This document shows, one piece after another, positions 59,410 through 64,000 of a DNA stretch of 64,000 bases (positions within the stretch are counted from its first letter, which is position 1; each line of letters begins with the position of its first letter). Made by a program: the position numbers and the translations under genes. The notes under the pieces are model-generated. The model had not been told where the DNA came from and ran no database searches. It saw nothing but the letters and a program-made list of their open reading frames with translations. The DNA comes from Malacoraja senta (taxonomy: Eukaryota): contig JAXLNO010002757.1 of NCBI GenBank assembly GCA_038087875.1, forward strand, positions 248,001-312,000. The letters are read 5' to 3'.

Positions 59410-62400
59410 TTTACTTCGGAGTCACGTGAGTGACTACATGAAGAACCCCGCCAGTGCGCCTGCGCGTCATTACGTCAGACGCCTTGACGCAAACGGACGT
59501 GAGGGGCAGTGCTCCTCGAGTGGTTTGTAGTTTTTCAACTACAAGGTAAGTAAAAACTTTTTTACAGGTTTTCCAGGTCCGTTTACTGTGGGTCTATGGC
59601 GATTTTTTCCACAGACGCCATGGGAAAAAACGGACAGGGGGAAGAGGCGAGCGACATAGCCGACAGAAGTCGGGAAAGTCGGGAGTCCGCGGTTAGAGAC
59701 CAACCGCCTCTAAACCCCGGTACAGTCGCCAGCGGTGAGCATAGCGACTGTGGACCTGGGGCTGGTGAAAACACAGTCAGTGCCTGTCGGGCAAAAGACA
59801 AAGTTTAAATCCCAACGGAGGGAGTCCCAGGCAATGAATAAGCTCCAGGGCTAGATACTGCTTTAGAGCGTATTGCCCAAATAGAAAGCCTTTTACACAG
59901 GCTGTTGGAGCAACGTTCACTCAGTGAGGAGTGTTCTGAAAGCCAAGCTGCTGGAAACAGCTCAAACAGCTCCTGGTACAGGGCTAGATACTGCTTTCGA
60001 GCGTATTGCCCATATAGAAGCCTTTTTCATAGGTTGTTGGAGCAAAAGTTCACTCAGGAAGGAGTGTACTGTAATCCAAGCTGCAGGAGCAGCTTAACAG
60101 CACCTGGCTCAGGGCTGATGGAATGCACCCTCAGGAATGAGGGGCGTGCTACGGGTCATGAGATTTCAGACCCCGACTCTGACGGTGAGGCTGTACAAGG
60201 CGATGAAAGGCATGCCAGATGTTCCAACCCTGGTAGTAGGATTCGCTGCCCCGTCAGGGTCAGGAGAGCCATTAGGAAGAACTGGCCTCCTTAATAAATT
60301 ACTTGGTTTACCATTAGCTGGAACAGCATGAAATGGATGAGACTGCAAGAGTATCTGGAATCAGTTGCAGAGAATATTAAAGCTGCTGGGTTCTGGAATA
60401 ACTGCTTTTACCAGAATAGCAGGTAACAACCAAAGGATGACGAAGTTGCATCAGCAAGCACTGGGGTTGCTATGCAGCACCCACTTCGAGAAGTGCTATA
60501 CGGTCTACTATGAATCCGAAATTCGCAGCACTCTGCAAACCAAGTAATATACAAATTACCCAACTTACTCTTTGGAGAGATCTCGGGAGACGTATTAAAG
60601 AGTTGGAAGATGAAGCGAAAACAGGATTGATGAAGACATCAATGGTTGTGAAGTCTGTAAAGAGGAAGTATCCTTTCAGACGTCATACGGATCCTGGACC
60701 AAGTCGCTCATCAACGCAGGGACGTAGTTGGCGGCCTGCAGCGGGAGCAAGAACCAGTGGGCGTGCTTCCGGGAGAACCCAGGAATCTCAGGGTACTGAA
60801 ATGACTCAAGAGGTAGGTGGACCTGGTTCTCATGGGAACATACTAACTGGATTAAGTCCAAAAGTTGGAGGCAGGTTACATTTCTTCTATAATAATTGGA
60901 AGAAAATTACTTCAGATGTGGTAATCCTGAATAATATACAAGGATTTCGAATTGAATTCAATCCAAATTATGATTTGCCTGTTCAGCATGTTCCTAGCCG
61001 AACTCTGCACTTTGTACAAAAAGAAGTGATGGAGGTTCAGGTTGCAATTGAAACCCTATATAAAAAAAGGGGTTATTGAAAAATCAGTCTACCAAAGTCA
61101 CCAATTTGTGTCAAAAATATTCCCTCGATCAAAAAAGGATGGAGGATGTAGGATTCTTGTAGATTTGATAAATCTGAATCCTTTTGTGCAATTTAGACAT
61201 TTTAAAATGGAAACATTTGTGACTGCCAAACAGCTTATTTCAGAAGCATGTTATATGGCAACTATAGACTTGAAAGATGCATATTATTCAGTGTCTGTTC
61301 ATTCACAAGATAGGAAGTATCTTAAATTTAAATGGATGAACCAGTTGTGGCAGTTCAAAGCTCTGCCTAATGGGTTAATATCTGCACTCAGAATATTCAC
61401 AAAAATTGTTAAAACCAATTCTGGGCTTGCTGAGTAGCCAGGGGCATGTACTAATGGCATATTTGGATGATGTCTTGATTATAGGAAAGACAAAACAGTC
61501 AACAGAAGTATCTGTTGCAGTTGTGAAATCAACTTTTGAAAAGTTGGGGTTTCTAATTCATCCACAGAAATCTAGGTTAACACCATGTACCTCTATTAAT
61601 TATTTGGGGTTCACAATTGATTCAGTCCAAATGAATATCACTTTGCCCAGGGAAAAGGGTGGATTTGATTAAAGATTGCAGTAATCTCCTAAACGAGCAA
61701 AAACCTTCAATTAGACAGGTGGCTCGTGTACTGGGAAAATTAGTAGCAGCATTCCCAGCAGTCCAATTTGGACCATTACATTATCAACAGCTGCAGAGAC
61801 TTAAAGAACAGGCACCGAGAATGCATGTTGATCATTTTGATAGAACCATGCAACTAACAACAAATGCTGTTTCTGGTCTGCAGTGGTGGATTCTACATGT
61901 CTCAAGCAGTTCCAGCAAAGTGCTGATTGAACAACCTTCCATGATATTACAAACTGATGCCAGTGCACCAGGATGGGGTGCAACTGACTTAACGTCTAGC
62001 TGAGGAGGCAGATGGAATCAGGAAGAGTCATTGTTACTGCAGACATGGGGAATTAACTATTTGGAGCTTCTAGGATGTTTCTATGGGCTCCAAGCTTATT
62101 GTTCTAACACAACTAATAAGCATGTTCAAGTTCAAATTGATAACACAACAGTAGTTGTTTATATTAATGATATGGAATTAAGTCGGTGTCTTGTGACAAA
62201 ATGGTTAATCAACTTTGGGCTTGGTGTATTGAAAAGAACATTTGGATTTCAGCTATCTATCTACCAGGTAGAATGAACGATAGCAGACACCAAGTCACGA
62301 AAAGTTCCATGATAATAAAGAATGGATGTTGAATCAAGAGGTATTCAATGATATAGTCATCAGATTTCGAATGACCGACATCGACTTGAATCATCAGCTA

Positions 62401-64000
62401 TCGAGATATGTCTCATGGAAACCAGATCCAGGAGCAGTGGCGATTGATGCTTTCTCGCTACATTGGGGTGGTATGTTTTCATATATATTTCCACCTTTCT
62501 GCCTCATAAGCCAATGTTTGCTTAAAATCAGGCAAGATGCTGCTTCAAGGGTATTGGTAGTACCAGATTGGCCTACACAGCCATGGTATCCGTTGATATT
62601 AGAATTAACAACACAAATGTTGATGAAAGTCCCAAAAAAGAGTAATTTATTGCTGCTCCCTGTACAGGGGAACAACATCCATTATATGATCGTTTGGATT
62701 TGTTGATTTGCAGGTTTTAAGAATGCCTTTTCTGGGACGAGGACTGTCTGAGCATACTGTGGACATGCTTACGGCAGCCTGGAGGAAGAGCACTCAAAAA
62801 CAGTACCTTTTTTATATTAAGAAATGGGAAAAGTTCTGGGTACAAAAGAATGTGCAATAAAGTACTGCAGATATTTCAAATGTTTAGAATTTCTGTCAAA
62901 ACTTTATTATGATGAAGGTCTGAGTTGTAGTGCAATTAATTCAGCCAGAAGTGCATTGTCCTCATATTTGGTTCTGGATTCAGAAAGAAACTCAATTGGG
63001 TCACACCCAATTGTTTCCAGACTAATGAAAGGAATCTTTAATTCCAAACCACCGAAACCTAGGTACGTGACAATCTGGGATGTAAGTGTGGTACTGAAAC
63101 TACTTCGTGATGGTTATCAAGTGTGTCTTTACCTTTGGTCAAGCTCAGTATGAAAGTATTCATGTTTATGGCATGAGTGACAGCACAACGAGTGCAAACA
63201 CTTGGAAAATTACAAATAGATAGTATGGAAGTAACTGAAGACAAGGTTACATTCTATATCTATGACCTAATAAAGCAAATTAGGCCAGGTGTGACAGGAT
63301 TTAAAATTATGCTGGCAGCATATCCAAATGATCCATGTCTTTGTATTAAGACATATTTATTACAATACATTGAGGTCACAAAGAATTTGAGAATACGGAA
63401 ACTGGGTTTTTGATCACACACAAGAAACCACACAAGAGAGTTTCAATACAGACTATTTCCAGATGGATAAAAGAAGTCTTAACAGCTGCTGGTATTAACA
63501 CTTATGTTTTTACGTCTCACTCGTCTAGGGCAGCAGAAATGTCGGCGGCCAGGGCAAAAGACGGCCCCGTCGACCATATCCTCGCAGCCGCCGGGTGGTC
63601 CAATGAGTTGATGTTTCAACATTTTTACCATCGGCCTATTGTTAATGCGGGGTTGTTTGCAGAAACTATTTTAAGTTCTGTGTAAATTCCTCTGGTTTAA
63701 AGGGGATCTGATTCATTTCATTCTTGAAATGAATTACTGCATTTGTGGTACAAATGTTATTATGAATGCATGATTGATTATTCTCGTTCCGAGTCAATCT
63801 ATGCAGTGAGAAGCCGGGATTGATCCACGGCATGAAATCACAAAGCTTTAAAATCTTCACGTAGTCACTCACGTGACTCCGAAGTAAAATAGTAAGATTA
63901 AACGAGAACTTACCTAAGTTTGAAGTTTGATCTTTATTTTATGAGGAGTTACGTAGGTGATTACGTGCCCGCCACGACCCTACCCTCTATCATAACGGTC
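59410..64000 (+). mobile_element. DIRS1-type retrotransposon, copy 3 (divergent subfamily, degraded, runs off the window)
   Basis: Left terminus tttacttcggagtcacgtgagtgactac; gag/RT/RNase H/MT fragments 60365-62706; YR fragments 62714-63685 (AQRVQTL, HSSR, AGW, FYH); ICR about 63856-63968. Confidence 0.92.

Overview
Repeat-rich vertebrate genomic DNA, most likely from a cartilaginous fish (skate/ray/shark). That assignment is an inference from the HE1/V-SINE-like, CR1/HER1-like and Penelope-type repeats and the GPR139-like receptor. There are three assembly gaps (3431-3630, 11585-11787, 51823-52361). Only two host genes are supportable. (1) A + strand MHC class I-like gene: Ig C1 exon 13420-13686, TM exon 16365-16472, and a candidate last exon 33610-33650 encoding a CD1-type YQNI sorting motif; its upstream exons are not visible. 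(2) A - strand GPR139-like GPCR exon (50670-51596) with a frameshifting deletion just before the DRY motif. The rest is mobile DNA: a 5.5-kb satellite built from a 109-bp piece of CR1 reverse transcriptase, three DIRS tyrosine-recombinase retrotransposons with apparently fused gag-pol and conserved splice signals around the recombinase ORF, three L1-clade LINEs (one nested host, one twin-priming inversion, one internally deleted copy with intact ORF1), CR1 LINEs, a hAT-type MITE, Penelope remnants with degenerate hammerhead-like motifs, and many tRNA-derived SINEs. All coordinates were read by eye; SINE and remnant boundaries are approximate.
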